Below, one piece after another: positions 55,223 to 64,000 of a DNA stretch of 64,000 nucleotides. The position numbers and the translations under genes were made by a program. The DNA is from Aestuariirhabdus sp. (GTDB lineage: Bacteria; Pseudomonadota; Gammaproteobacteria; Pseudomonadales; Aestuariirhabdaceae). The number at the start of each line of letters is the position of its first letter. Within the stretch, counting starts at the first letter, position 1. The notes below the pieces were generated by a model. The model saw only the letters and a list, made by a program, of their open reading frames with translations, ran no database searches and was not told the origin of the DNA. The DNA is taken from positions 2,118 through 66,117 of the forward strand of contig JAUXFT010000003.1 of the NCBI GenBank assembly GCA_030622755.1, in the 5' to 3' direction.

Positions 55223-56086
55223 ATGCCCCGTCAATTGCTCAACATACCCGCACCCGCAAAAATAAACCTGTTTCTTCATATCACGGGGCGTCGCGATGAT
55301 GGGTATCATAATCTACAAACCCTTTTCCAGTTTCTGGACTATGGTGATAGCCTCGATTTTGAAATCGTACCGAATTCCCGAGACATTCAATTAAGCCCTG
55401 AGCTTTATGGAATACCAGCCGAACAAAATCTTATTGTTCGGGCGGCACGCCTGCTACAAAACGCCGCAGAAATAAATAGTGGGGCAATCATCGACCTGAA
55501 AAAACGATTGCCAATGGGTGGTGGTCTCGGAGGCGGAAGCTCAGATGCAGCCACCACGCTACTGGCGCTCAATCGGTTGTGGAATACCAACTTGTCACTG
55601 CAGGAGCTAGCTAACCTTGGCCTTCAACTGGGTGCTGATGTACCTGTTTTTATCGCCGGCTATAGTGCCTGGGCTGAAGGTGTAGGAGAACAACTCCAGC
55701 AGATCAATTTACCAACGCCCTGGTACCTTGTACTAATCCCAAGCTGCGAAGTAAGCACCGCGAAAGTATTCAATCATCCGCAATTACCCCGCAACAGTGC
55801 CGCAGTGACTATGCAAGACTATCTCCAGGGTAATTGCCTCAATGATTGTGAAGAAACCGTGCGCGGCCTCTACCCTCAAGTTGATAACGCCTTTATTTGG
55901 GCTCAACAACATGGCAGGGTGTCGATGTCGGGAACAGGAGCCTGCCTGTTTTGCCAATTTCAAAGCGAACACGCGGCACGGTCAGCTTTATTAACGAAAC
56001 CTGCCGGACTCGATGGTTTTGTGGCGCAGGGCTGCAATCAATCACCAACACATCAATACTTGCAAACCACATATGAAACCCTTTAA
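55223..56086 (+). CDS. ispE: 4-diphosphocytidyl-2-C-methyl-D-erythritol kinase
   Basis: PAPAKINL, PMGGGLGGGSSDAA, MSGTG. Confidence 0.96.
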   Translation: MPRQLLNIPAPAKINLFLHITGRRDDGYHNLQTLFQFLDYGDSLDFEIVPNSRDIQLSPELYGIPAEQNLIVRAARLLQNAAEINSGAIIDLKKRLPMGGGLGGGSSDAATTLLALNRLWNTNLSLQELANLGLQLGADVPVFIAGYSAWAEGVGEQLQQINLPTPWYLVLIPSCEVSTAKVFNHPQLPRNSAAVTMQDYLQGNCLNDCEETVRGLYPQVDNAFIWAQQHGRVSMSGTGACLFCQFQSEHAARSALLTKPAGLDGFVAQGCNQSPTHQYLQTTYETL

Positions 56087-56115
56087 AATTCGCGCCGTCG
56101 CGTTTTAACGACTAC

Positions 56116-56190
56116 TGGGGTGTCGCCAAGCGGTAAGGCACTTGGTTTTGATCCAAGCATGCGTAGGTTCGAATCCTGCCACCCCAGCCA
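56116..56190 (+). tRNA. tRNA-Gln(TTG)
   Basis: TGGGGTG/CACCCCA stem, anticodon TTG, GTTCGAATC, CCA. Confidence 0.97.
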
Positions 56191-56273
56191 TTTCAGAATT
56201 GTGCGCGCCTGCTATTACTATTATGTAGAAGCTATAACCAGCCTCGATAACACCCACCGCAAAGGTAAACACC

Positions 56274-57215
56274 GTGTCTAAAATGATGATCTTCGCTGGA
56301 AATTCCAATCCAGAGTTAGTTCAACGTATCGCTGACCACCTTCATTTGCCTCTTGGCGAAGCCTCGGTTGGCCGATTTAGCGATGGAGAAGTTGCCGTCG
56401 AGATCAAAGATAACGTCCGCGGTAAGGATGTGTTTATCGTGCAATCCACTTGCGCACCAACCAATGACAACCTGATGGAGCTTATCGTTCTGGCAGACGC
56501 CCTGCGACGCTCATCAGCTCAACGCGTTACTGCGGTTATTCCGTACTTCGGATATGCCAGACAAGACCGTCGGCCCCGCTCCACCAGGGTAGCCATCAGC
56601 GCAAAAGTCGTGGCCGATATGATTAAGGGCGTGGGTATCGATCGAGTTCTAACCGTGGACTTGCACGCCGACCAGATCCAGGGCTTTTTCAACATCCCTG
56701 TAGACAACATTTATGGCTCGCCCATTCTGTTGGATGATATCGCCAGACAAGGTTACGAAAACATAATGATCGTCTCACCGGATATTGGCGGTGTAGTTCG
56801 AGCCAGAGCCCTGGCTAAAAAGCTGGATTGTGATCTGGCCATCATCGACAAGCGTCGCCCCGAAGCCAACAAAGCCGAAGTCATGCACTTGATCGGAGAT
56901 GTAAAGAATCGAACCTGCATTCTGATTGATGATATGGTCGATACTGCCGGCACCCTCTGCCAAGCCGCTAAAGCCCTTAAGGAACGAGGCGCATCATCAG
57001 TATACGCCTATACTACTCACCCGGTTTTATCCGGCCGTGCGATAGAAAACATTAACAATTCAGAGCTCGACAAATTAGTCGTCACTAACACCATTCCGCT
57101 TACCGCAGCCGGCAAAACCTGTGATAAAATTCGCCAGCTTGATATGTCCCCATTGATCGGCGAATCCGTGCGACGCATTAGCAATGAAGAGTCGCTCAGC
57201 GCTATTTTCCGCTAG
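56274..57215 (+). CDS. prs: Ribose-phosphate pyrophosphokinase
   Basis: [25 protein letters not shown]. Confidence 0.97.
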   Translation: MSKMMIFAGNSNPELVQRIADHLHLPLGEASVGRFSDGEVAVEIKDNVRGKDVFIVQSTCAPTNDNLMELIVLADALRRSSAQRVTAVIPYFGYARQDRRPRSTRVAISAKVVADMIKGVGIDRVLTVDLHADQIQGFFNIPVDNIYGSPILLDDIARQGYENIMIVSPDIGGVVRARALAKKLDCDLAIIDKRRPEANKAEVMHLIGDVKNRTCILIDDMVDTAGTLCQAAKALKERGASSVYAYTTHPVLSGRAIENINNSELDKLVVTNTIPLTAAGKTCDKIRQLDMSPLIGESVRRISNEESLSAIFR

Positions 57216-57328
57216 CCAAACCCAATAATCCAGGCCAAAAGCAATAACGCCCGACCTTCTTATCAAGGCTGGCCGACATTGTTTTTGAGGTTACACGTTT
57301 TTTGCGAGCAAATAGTTAATAAATACGC

Positions 57329-57420
57329 TATGATGCGCGCCCTCGAATTTACGTTAAGTAAACGAGCAACACTACTTGCTGGTCCTTGGTCGCAAAGAAC
57401 CGGCGTTATTTATTTAGGAG
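57329..57420 (+). promoter_or_regulatory. rplY promoter (-10 TATGAT plus GC discriminator) and L25-leader-like hairpin
   Basis: TATGAT-GCGCGCC at 57329; hairpin GCTGGTCCTT-GGTCGC-AAAGAACCGGC at 57378-57404; SD TAGGAG. Confidence 0.6.
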
Positions 57421-57427
57421 AGACAAC

Positions 57428-58075
57428 ATGTCTAACGAATTTTTACTGAACGCTCAAGCGCGTACCGACCTGGGGAAAGGTGCGAGCCGCCGCCTGCGTC
57501 GCCTCGCCAACATCATGCCTGCTATCGTTTACGGTGGCGACAAAGCTCCTGAGCAGATCAGCATTGTCCACAAGGACATAATCAAGGCCCTGGAGAACGA
57601 AGCGTTCTATTCTCACATCCTGACCCTGGATGTAGGCGGCAAAAAGCAACAAGTAATTCTCAAGGACCTGCAACGTCACCCAGCCAAGGCTATCGTCCTG
57701 CACGCTGACTTCTTGCGCGTAAGCGCCAACCAGGAGCTGACCACTAACGTGCCTCTGCACTTCCTGAACGAAGAAGCTTGTGAGGGCGTTAAGACGGGCG
57801 GCGGTTCGATCACTCATAACGTAATCGAAGCTGAGGTCCGTTGCTTGCCAGCAGATCTGCCTGAGTTTATCGAAATCGATATGACCGACGTTGAGCTCGG
57901 CGACATCATTCACCTCAGCGACCTGAAGCTTCCTAAAGGCGTCACTCTGGTTCAATTGAGCCACGATCATGACCTGGCTGTTGCCTCTGTTCAGACCACT
58001 CGCGGCGCCAAGGATGAAGAAGAGAGTGCTGAAGGCGAAGAAGGGGAAGAAGGCGAAGAAGCGCCTGCGGAGTAA
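57428..58075 (+). CDS. rplY: 50S ribosomal protein L25/Ctc (long form)
   Basis: [24 protein letters not shown], acidic tail. Confidence 0.96.
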   Translation: MSNEFLLNAQARTDLGKGASRRLRRLANIMPAIVYGGDKAPEQISIVHKDIIKALENEAFYSHILTLDVGGKKQQVILKDLQRHPAKAIVLHADFLRVSANQELTTNVPLHFLNEEACEGVKTGGGSITHNVIEAEVRCLPADLPEFIEIDMTDVELGDIIHLSDLKLPKGVTLVQLSHDHDLAVASVQTTRGAKDEEESAEGEEGEEGEEAPAE

Positions 58076-58099
58076 TTCCACAGCCTTCTCAGCACCAGC

Positions 58100-58696
58100 G
58101 TGGCAGTATCACCCCCTGACAGCGTGCAACTCATTGTGGGTCTGGGCAATCCAGGCCCCGAATATGAGTACACGCGCCACAATGCCGGTGCAATGTTCGT
58201 TGCACAGCTGGCCCGTGCCTACGGCGCCAGCTTGAAAAGCGATCGCAAATTTTTTGGTGTATGTGCTCGTATTACCCTTAACGGCAAAGACATTCGCCTG
58301 ATCAATCCCACCACCTTTATGAATCGCAGCGGTCAAGCCGTAGCGGCGATTGCCAATTTCTACAAGATTCCGGCAGAAGCAATACTGGTGGCCCACGACG
58401 AACTCGACATTGATGCAGGCCTTGCCCGCTTAAAGCAGGGTGGTGGCCACGGTGGCCATAATGGTTTACGCGATATCATCAGTCGCCTCGGCGGTAACAA
58501 TTTTTTGCGCTTACGCCTCGGTATCGGTCATCCTGGTCACAGTAGTAAAGTGACTGGCTACGTTCTTGGCCGAGCACCTCAGCATGAGCAGAGCAATCTC
58601 GACAACGCTATCAGTGAAGCAATCCGCGTGATGCCCGATATAATCACCGGCGCCTGGAACAAGGGTGTGCAAGAGCTGCATAGCTACAAAGGCTAG
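58100..58696 (+). CDS. pth: Peptidyl-tRNA hydrolase
   Basis: GLGNPG..Y..TRHNAG, HDELD, GGHNGL. Confidence 0.97.
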   Translation: MAVSPPDSVQLIVGLGNPGPEYEYTRHNAGAMFVAQLARAYGASLKSDRKFFGVCARITLNGKDIRLINPTTFMNRSGQAVAAIANFYKIPAEAILVAHDELDIDAGLARLKQGGGHGGHNGLRDIISRLGGNNFLRLRLGIGHPGHSSKVTGYVLGRAPQHEQSNLDNAISEAIRVMPDIITGAWNKGVQELHSYKG

Positions 58697-58715
58697 TTAG
58701 CACAGGACCTTAATC

Positions 58716-59807
58716 ATGGGCTTTAAATGCGGCATCGTTGGACTTCCCAACGTGGGAAAATCTACTCTCTTTAATGCACTGACCAAAGCAGGTATAGGTG
58801 CGGAAAACTTCCCGTTCTGCACCATTGAACCTAACGCCGGTATTGTTCCAATGCCGGACCCCAGGCAGGATAAACTGGCAGAGATCGTTAAACCTCAACG
58901 TTCTGTAGCCACCACTATGGAGTTCGTCGACATTGCAGGTCTTGTCGCCGGTGCGTCCAAAGGCGAAGGTTTGGGTAACAAATTCCTAGCAAATATCCGC
59001 GAAACCGATGCTATCGCTCACGTAGTTCGCTGCTTCGAAGATGAAAACGTTATTCACGTTGCCAACCAGATCAACCCGACATCCGACATTGAAGTAATCA
59101 ATACCGAGCTGGCACTTGCTGACCTGGAGTCGGTAGAGAAACAACTGCAACGCGTACTTCGTGTCGCCAAAAGTGGTGATAAAGACGCTATTAAACAGAA
59201 AGCCTTATTAGAAAAACTGCACGAGCATCTTGATCAAGGCCTGCCAGTCAGGGCATTGTCTCTGAGTGATGACGAAAGCAGCGAGGTCAAAGGTTTTCAC
59301 CTGCTGACCACCAAACCCACAATGTACATCGCCAACGTTGACGAAGATGGCTTTGATAACAACCCTCACCTGGACGCTGTCAAAACGATCGCGAAGCAGG
59401 AAAACGCCATTGTTGTACCTATCTGCAACAAACTGGAAGAAGAGATCTCCGAACTCGAAGATGAAGAGAAAGAAGAGTTCTTGCAAGACATGGGGATGGA
59501 GGAAGCCGGTCTGGATAGAGTTATTCGTGCTGGATACAAACTTCTTGAACTGCAAACATACTTCACTGCTGGCGTGAAAGAGGTGCGTGCCTGGACGGTT
59601 AAAATCGGCGCTACCGCCCCTCAAGCCGCAGCTGTGATCCACACCGATTTTGAAAAGGGCTTTATTCGCGCCGAGGTTATCGCTTACGAGGATTTCGTTC
59701 AGTTCAATGGAGAGCAGGGCGCCAAAGAAGCTGGCAAATGGCGCCTCGAAGGCAAGGATTACATCGTCGCTGATGGTGACGTAATCCACTTCCGCTTCAA
59801 CGTCTAG
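58716..59807 (+). CDS. ychF: Ribosome-binding ATPase YchF
   Basis: [38 protein letters not shown]. Confidence 0.98.
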   Translation: MGFKCGIVGLPNVGKSTLFNALTKAGIGAENFPFCTIEPNAGIVPMPDPRQDKLAEIVKPQRSVATTMEFVDIAGLVAGASKGEGLGNKFLANIRETDAIAHVVRCFEDENVIHVANQINPTSDIEVINTELALADLESVEKQLQRVLRVAKSGDKDAIKQKALLEKLHEHLDQGLPVRALSLSDDESSEVKGFHLLTTKPTMYIANVDEDGFDNNPHLDAVKTIAKQENAIVVPICNKLEEEISELEDEEKEEFLQDMGMEEAGLDRVIRAGYKLLELQTYFTAGVKEVRAWTVKIGATAPQAAAVIHTDFEKGFIRAEVIAYEDFVQFNGEQGAKEAGKWRLEGKDYIVADGDVIHFRFNV

Positions 59808-59944
59808 AATATCAGGCAGTTTCTGATGGGTTATCTGTATCAATTTTCAACACAGATAACCTGCCCCTCTACCCGGGAACTTAAGATAAATCTGCCGTTA
59901 ATTATGCATCGTATAAATCAGTTAATAAAAACCTGCACACAGGG

Positions 59945-59980
59945 TTGACAAAGAGGGGGTAAATCAACAAAATACGCGCC
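59945..59980 (+). promoter_or_regulatory. Stable-RNA sigma70 promoter
   Basis: TTGACA-17 bp-CAAAAT followed by GC-rich discriminator ACGCGCC. Confidence 0.8.
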
Positions 59981-59989
59981 ACTTTCAAT

Positions 59990-60066
59990 GGCTACGTAGC
60001 TCAGTTGGTTAGAGCACAACACTCATAATGTTGGGGTCACTAGTTCGAATCTAGTCGTAGCTACCA
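59990..60066 (+). tRNA. tRNA-Met(CAT), elongator type
   Basis: GGCTACG...CTCATAA...GTTCGAATC...CGTAGCTACCA, metT-like. Confidence 0.93.
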
Positions 60067-60108
60067 TACATTGAGAGAAGATCATTATCTTCTTTCTGCC
60101 CGTTTTAC

Positions 60109-60183
60109 TGGGGTGTCGCCAAGCGGTAAGGCACTTGGTTTTGATCCAAGCATGCGTAGGTTCGAATCCTGCCACCCCAGCCA
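60109..60183 (+). tRNA. tRNA-Gln(TTG), identical to 56116-56190
   Basis: Same 75-nt sequence. Confidence 0.97.
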
Positions 60184-60254
60184 TTTTCTGTTAATTCCCT
60201 ACAACAAGCCCCAGAGCATCCCTCGAATCAGGAATGCTCACCTGACAACCTCAA

Positions 60255-60875
60255 TCAGGCATAGCGAGTTAAACCAAGCTCCCGCAAAACAAGGGTACTA
60301 CATGCCTCCAGGGTATCTTTCGCAGCTTTGCCTCTCTCACTCATAGATACTGCAACCGCATCAGCCATCAAAGCTTCCAGAAGGCGGCACTGACGTAATA
60401 CCGATTTATCATCGCCCTTAAGCTTCAACCTCTTGAAAACGCCCAACAAGGCATTGGCACCCTGCTTACAATCTTCCTCCACAATATGCCGAGTTAGACG
60501 ATCAGCTGCCGCACCTAGCACCACTTCACGCAACAAGGGATTCTTTTTGTGGTAAACCACCGACCTCGTTAACCTTAACTGCAAGGCTTGGGCGAAATCC
60601 TTCTTGGTAGCGACTGCATCAAGCTGCTTTTGGGTAAATTCTCGATAACTGTTCAAAACCTCTTCAGCCAACGCAGCAACAATAGCGCTCTTGGTTGGAA
60701 AGTATTGGTACAGGGAACCGATAGAAATCTCAGCCCGTTGGGCCACATTATTCATCTTCAGGGAATTCACATCCTCTTCAAGAATAATCTCCTGACACAT
60801 ATCCAGAATCAGACGTTGCTTCTCGAATCCCCGCTGCTGCTGCGGTGTTTTTCGAGTAATTGCCGCTAGTGACAT
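60255..60875 (-). CDS. TetR/AcrR family regulator
   Basis: RKTPQQQRG, VAQRAEISIGSLYQYFPTK; start MSLAA at 60875. Confidence 0.9.
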   Translation of the reverse strand: MSLAAITRKTPQQQRGFEKQRLILDMCQEIILEEDVNSLKMNNVAQRAEISIGSLYQYFPTKSAIVAALAEEVLNSYREFTQKQLDAVATKKDFAQALQLRLTRSVVYHKKNPLLREVVLGAAADRLTRHIVEEDCKQGANALLGVFKRLKLKGDDKSVLRQCRLLEALMADAVAVSMSERGKAAKDTLEACSTLVLRELGLTRYA

Positions 60876-61121
60876 GATTTGATCCCTCACCTGTTTACTC
60901 TGTAGTAACGCTGCCGGCACAAGGTTTTCCACGCGAAAATTATTACAGGCCGGAAGCAGAATTTTTCGAGGCTTTATCGTATTTACTACCAGGGGTTTAA
61001 CAGGCTCCCCCGAAACATCTCTATGCCTCACATTTTGATACTAGCACAGGGGAACATTGTAACCATGGGACCTTGTAACTACGCTGACCACCATCAATAC
61101 CTTGTGCGGTTTTTTGCTCTA

Positions 61122-61907
61122 CTACTCCTGAGCATAGAGCAGCTTGTGCATATTGCGTAGATTCTGCGCCGCTATTTTTTTAACACTTTCATTTCTCAGA
61201 TCCGCAAGCTGCTGCGCAATCTCCGGTAAGTACTCTGGGGAATTTCTTTGCCCACCTGCAAATTCTGGCACCATGTCCGGTGCATCAGTTTCCAATACCA
61301 AAGAATCAAGCGATATACTGCTCATCAAGCCACGCAACCGGGTTGCTCGTGGCCAGGTAATCGCTCCACCCACACCCAAATAGAAACCCCGCTCTATATA
61401 ACGCAGGCCCTGCTGCTCACTGCCAGAAAACGCATGTACTATGCCACCACGATCGAAATGGTGTTGTCGTAATAGTTTCAAAATTTGATCATGGGATTTT
61501 CGAGCATGAATCAATACTGGCAGATCAAAGTTTTTTGCCAACTTGAGTTGCTCAACAAAATACTCTTGCTGAACCTTCCAGGTTGCTTCGGGCATCATAT
61601 AATCCAGCCCGATCTCGCCAACAGCGACCACTGCACTGGAACGCCCTCGCAACACCCGATGCAACTGATCCAAATGATCAGGCTGATGATCAGCCATAAA
61701 CATCGGATGCAACCCGAGCGCTGCCAACAGCTTAATACTATGTCGCCCTCCCTCGGGAAGCATGCCAAGCAATCCAGGCCAACCCGAAGCAGTCACCCCT
61801 GGTATAAGAATGTGCATCACACCCAGATCACTGCAGCGCTGCAGTACCTGCTGCCGATCATGATCAAATTGAGGAAAATCCAGATGACAGTGACTATCGA
61901 AAAACAT
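61122..61907 (-). CDS. TatD family hydrolase (YjjV-like)
   Basis: DSHCHL, GLHP, GEIGLD, HAR, HAFSGS, LETDAP. Confidence 0.93.
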   Translation of the reverse strand: MFFDSHCHLDFPQFDHDRQQVLQRCSDLGVMHILIPGVTASGWPGLLGMLPEGGRHSIKLLAALGLHPMFMADHQPDHLDQLHRVLRGRSSAVVAVGEIGLDYMMPEATWKVQQEYFVEQLKLAKNFDLPVLIHARKSHDQILKLLRQHHFDRGGIVHAFSGSEQQGLRYIERGFYLGVGGAITWPRATRLRGLMSSISLDSLVLETDAPDMVPEFAGGQRNSPEYLPEIAQQLADLRNESVKKIAAQNLRNMHKLLYAQE

Positions 61908-61951
61908 AATGTGGATACCTATGACAGTAGCAGTAACAAATATATGCCCAC

Positions 61952-61985
61952 ACCTGTGACACTTTACCTGTGACATAGTGTCACA
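61952..61985. promoter_or_regulatory. Operator-like array: ACCTGTGACA x2 and palindrome TGTGACA-TAG-TGTCACA
   Basis: Direct copies at 61952 and 61966; palindrome at 61969-61985. Confidence 0.6.
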
Positions 61986-62060
61986 CCGTGGCTTCTGGGC
62001 ATGATGCCCTGAACCACTTTATAATCCCGAACATCTCTTTGACAAGGATTCACGTACCAC

Positions 62061-62516
62061 ATGCGCCACCCCGGACTTTATGTCGTCCTACTTGGACTGG
62101 TACTTCTAGCAGTTGCCCTCATCCCACCCTGGCTACAACGGCAACCTCCCACCCAACTGCTGGGCGAATTTCACAGTCAATGTCAGTCTGGTACTAATTG
62201 CTCAGTAACCTTGCCTGACATAGGTTTGGTGCAGCTACTTATCCTTCCAGCAAAACTGCCTCATAACGAGCCACTGAAAGTATCCCTTAAGACCCACTCT
62301 TCGGTGCAAAGCGCAACCTTACAGTTTATTGGCCGGGATATGTACATGGGCATAATGCCCGTGGATCTGCAGCCACTCAATGACCGGAACTTTCAAACCA
62401 CAACCCGAATCAGTTACTGCACCATCGATACCGAGATGCACTGGCTTGCAGAAATCCGGCTTACCACCAATGCTGGCACCTACCAGATAACCTTCGAACT
62501 GGATCCAACTTCATGA
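62061..62516 (+). CDS. Membrane-anchored hypothetical protein with Cys/Met motifs
   Basis: N-terminal TM; CQSGTNC, GRDMYMG, SYC....MHW; ATGA overlap with the SCO gene. Confidence 0.75.
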   Translation: MRHPGLYVVLLGLVLLAVALIPPWLQRQPPTQLLGEFHSQCQSGTNCSVTLPDIGLVQLLILPAKLPHNEPLKVSLKTHSSVQSATLQFIGRDMYMGIMPVDLQPLNDRNFQTTTRISYCTIDTEMHWLAEIRLTTNAGTYQITFELDPTS

Positions 62517-63118
62517 GTCGTTTTTACAAAATACTTATTCCCATTATGCTGACATTGATCGCGATTGCAGCGGGAGTACAGTACAACCTGTATCTTAAAC
62601 ATCAGGAAACAAATACCCGGCAAGGCCGACCTGCGGCGCCAGAATTCACATTGAATACCGCCACAGAGCAAGCCCAGTTGAGCCTTAGCCAATTTCGCGG
62701 CAACGCCGTCGTTATTTATTTCGGCTACGCTTCATGCCCGGACGTCTGCCCGGTTGATCTCGGTATCGTTGGCAGCATGCTCAGGAAACTATCACCAGAG
62801 CAGCAGGAAAAGGTTACCGCCCTGTTTATTACCCTCGATCCCGAAAGAGACACACCAGAACGTCTACTCGGGTTTTCCAGGTTCTTTCACCCGAAGATTA
62901 TCGGACTATATGGCAGCCCCGAAGAAATTTCCGAGGTTGCCCGTTCATACGGTGTTATCTATGAAAAGTCCTTCGTTGACAACGACCCCAATGTTTACTG
63001 GGTATCACACAGTGCCAACTTTTTCCTGATTAATCCTGAAGGCCAACTGGTTGCCGCACTACCGCGGGAAACGACGCCTGAACAACTTGGCGAGCGCCTG
63101 CAGGCATTAATCAATTAA
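62513..63118 (+). CDS. SCO1/SenC copper chaperone
   Basis: YFGYASCPDVCP, DPERDT, HSANFFL. Confidence 0.94.
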   Translation: MSRFYKILIPIMLTLIAIAAGVQYNLYLKHQETNTRQGRPAAPEFTLNTATEQAQLSLSQFRGNAVVIYFGYASCPDVCPVDLGIVGSMLRKLSPEQQEKVTALFITLDPERDTPERLLGFSRFFHPKIIGLYGSPEEISEVARSYGVIYEKSFVDNDPNVYWVSHSANFFLINPEGQLVAALPRETTPEQLGERLQALIN

Positions 63119-63176
63119 TCAATTCTTAAACCATCGCGCATTAATAAACCACGAACAATACATATAAGGAATATTC

Positions 63177-63668
63177 ATGAAAACGATCTCTACACTGGTA
63201 TTTTTTCTGGCGTTTTTTTCAGCAAACTTAGTGGCCAGCGACTCTATTAGCATTGATGACAGCTGGGTTCGGGCAGCTCCCCCGACTTCAAGCAATACCG
63301 CTGCCTACATGAAAATCTCCAACCACACCGATAAAGCGATCACCCTGAAATCCGCTAATACCGACGCCGCCAAAATGACTCAACTCCACCTGAGCAGCAT
63401 GGTCGACGGTCTCATGACAATGGAAGAACAAAAGCAAGGCATTGAGATACCTGCCAACAGCACCTTCGAACTCAAGCCTGCCAGCTACCACATAATGATC
63501 ATGGGCCTTAAACAACCCCTCCCTCAGGAAGGCACTTTAACCTTTGAACTCAAATTCAGTAATGGACACACAACCACACTAAACGCACCTATTAAGGCCG
63601 CAACCTCTCCGGCACACGAGCATGACATGAAGGAAAAAATGCCTATGGAGATGAATAAGAAACAGTAA
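63177..63668 (+). CDS. PCu(A)C periplasmic copper chaperone
   Basis: WVRA, AAYM, H..MTM, L.P..YHIM; His/Met-rich tail. Confidence 0.93.
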   Translation: MKTISTLVFFLAFFSANLVASDSISIDDSWVRAAPPTSSNTAAYMKISNHTDKAITLKSANTDAAKMTQLHLSSMVDGLMTMEEQKQGIEIPANSTFELKPASYHIMIMGLKQPLPQEGTLTFELKFSNGHTTTLNAPIKAATSPAHEHDMKEKMPMEMNKKQ

Positions 63669-63683
63669 TACGATCTGTAGCTC

Positions 63684-63738
63684 CTGGTATTTACCTCACT
63701 ACTCGCGGAACATTAGTAAGCACTTGAGTAAATACCAG
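63684..63738. terminator. Inverted repeat between convergent genes
   Basis: CTGGTATTTAC (63684) ... GTAAATACCAG (63738); no clear U-tract. Confidence 0.4.
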
Positions 63739-63848
63739 AGCGGCGCCCGTGGCGACCTATTGAGTATCTTGGGATTTTTACAGCGAGCCTCCACTAAACA
63801 AACTCCACACACTCATAAGAGCAACTCCCAATCCCAGCTTAACTGTTC

Positions 63849-64000
63849 CTATAGCGCATCCAATTCCGCAGCCATATCATCTAACTGTTCGGATAAATAC
63901 TGCTGCTGTGATGGTGTCAGCGTATAACTTATCTTGCTGACCATAGTGATGGCCAAACTCCTGTTGCGCTCCAATACACGACGATATTCTTCCGTCCAGT
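63849..64000 (-). CDS. C-terminus of a hypothetical (DUF6279-like) protein entering from beyond the window
   Basis: Open frame WTEEYRRVLERNRSLAITMV...LTPSQQQYLSEQLDDMAAELDAL*. Confidence 0.55.
   Translation of the reverse strand, partial: WTEEYRRVLERNRSLAITMVSKISYTLTPSQQQYLSEQLDDMAAELDAL

Noticed and set aside
57443-58081. 212-aa antisense ORF over rplY (likewise 59208-59843, 14887-15543, 20578-21135)
   Set aside because: Shadow ORFs from codon bias of conserved sense genes; no motifs or ribosome-binding sites
59829-59861. GGTTATCTGT..ACAGATAACC inverted repeat after ychF as DnaA boxes
   Set aside because: Poor match to TTATCCACA; more likely a 3' hairpin
60071-60346. ORFs overlapping tRNA genes (also 56105-56308)
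   Set aside because: Spurious translations of tRNA sequence
61969-61985. CRP site
   Set aside because: TGTGA-TCACA spacing is 7 rather than 6
60109-64000. Possible genomic island integrated at tRNA-Gln/Met
   Set aside because: No integrase, transposase or partial tRNA att copy downstream within the window

Overview
A 64 kb segment of a marine gammaproteobacterial chromosome (Oceanospirillales/Pseudomonadales-like gene order), mostly conserved core genome. Order: aapMQJ amino-acid ABC transporter; cysND; nif3; degS; hisDG; murA; ibaG; mlaBCDEF; yrbG-kdsDC-lptCAB-rpoN-hpf-ptsN-rapZ-npr; pmbA/yjgA; tldD-nit-yhdP-rng-maf-mreDCB; gatCAB; a uraA remnant; hpt; an accessory signalling block; moeB-prmC-prfA-hemA; TPR-lolB-ispE-tRNA-Gln-prs-rplY-pth-ychF; tRNA-Met/tRNA-Gln; TetR; tatD; and a SCO/PCuAC copper-chaperone operon. 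I saw no mobile element, CRISPR array or prophage. The best candidate for an undescribed system is at about 42.1-48.6 kb. There, a membrane class III adenylate cyclase/lipoprotein operon converges, with overlapping 3' ends, on a binding-protein plus GGDEF/degenerate-EAL operon whose promoter carries two CRP-like boxes, suggesting local cAMP to c-di-GMP cross-talk (inference). Other notable points: an ATT start codon for mreC, a decaying uraA fragment with apparent loss of upp, a vestigial APS-kinase tail on CysN, a His-less EthD-like insertion, and recurrent short tandem micro-duplications. All family assignments come from motif recognition; no database search was run.
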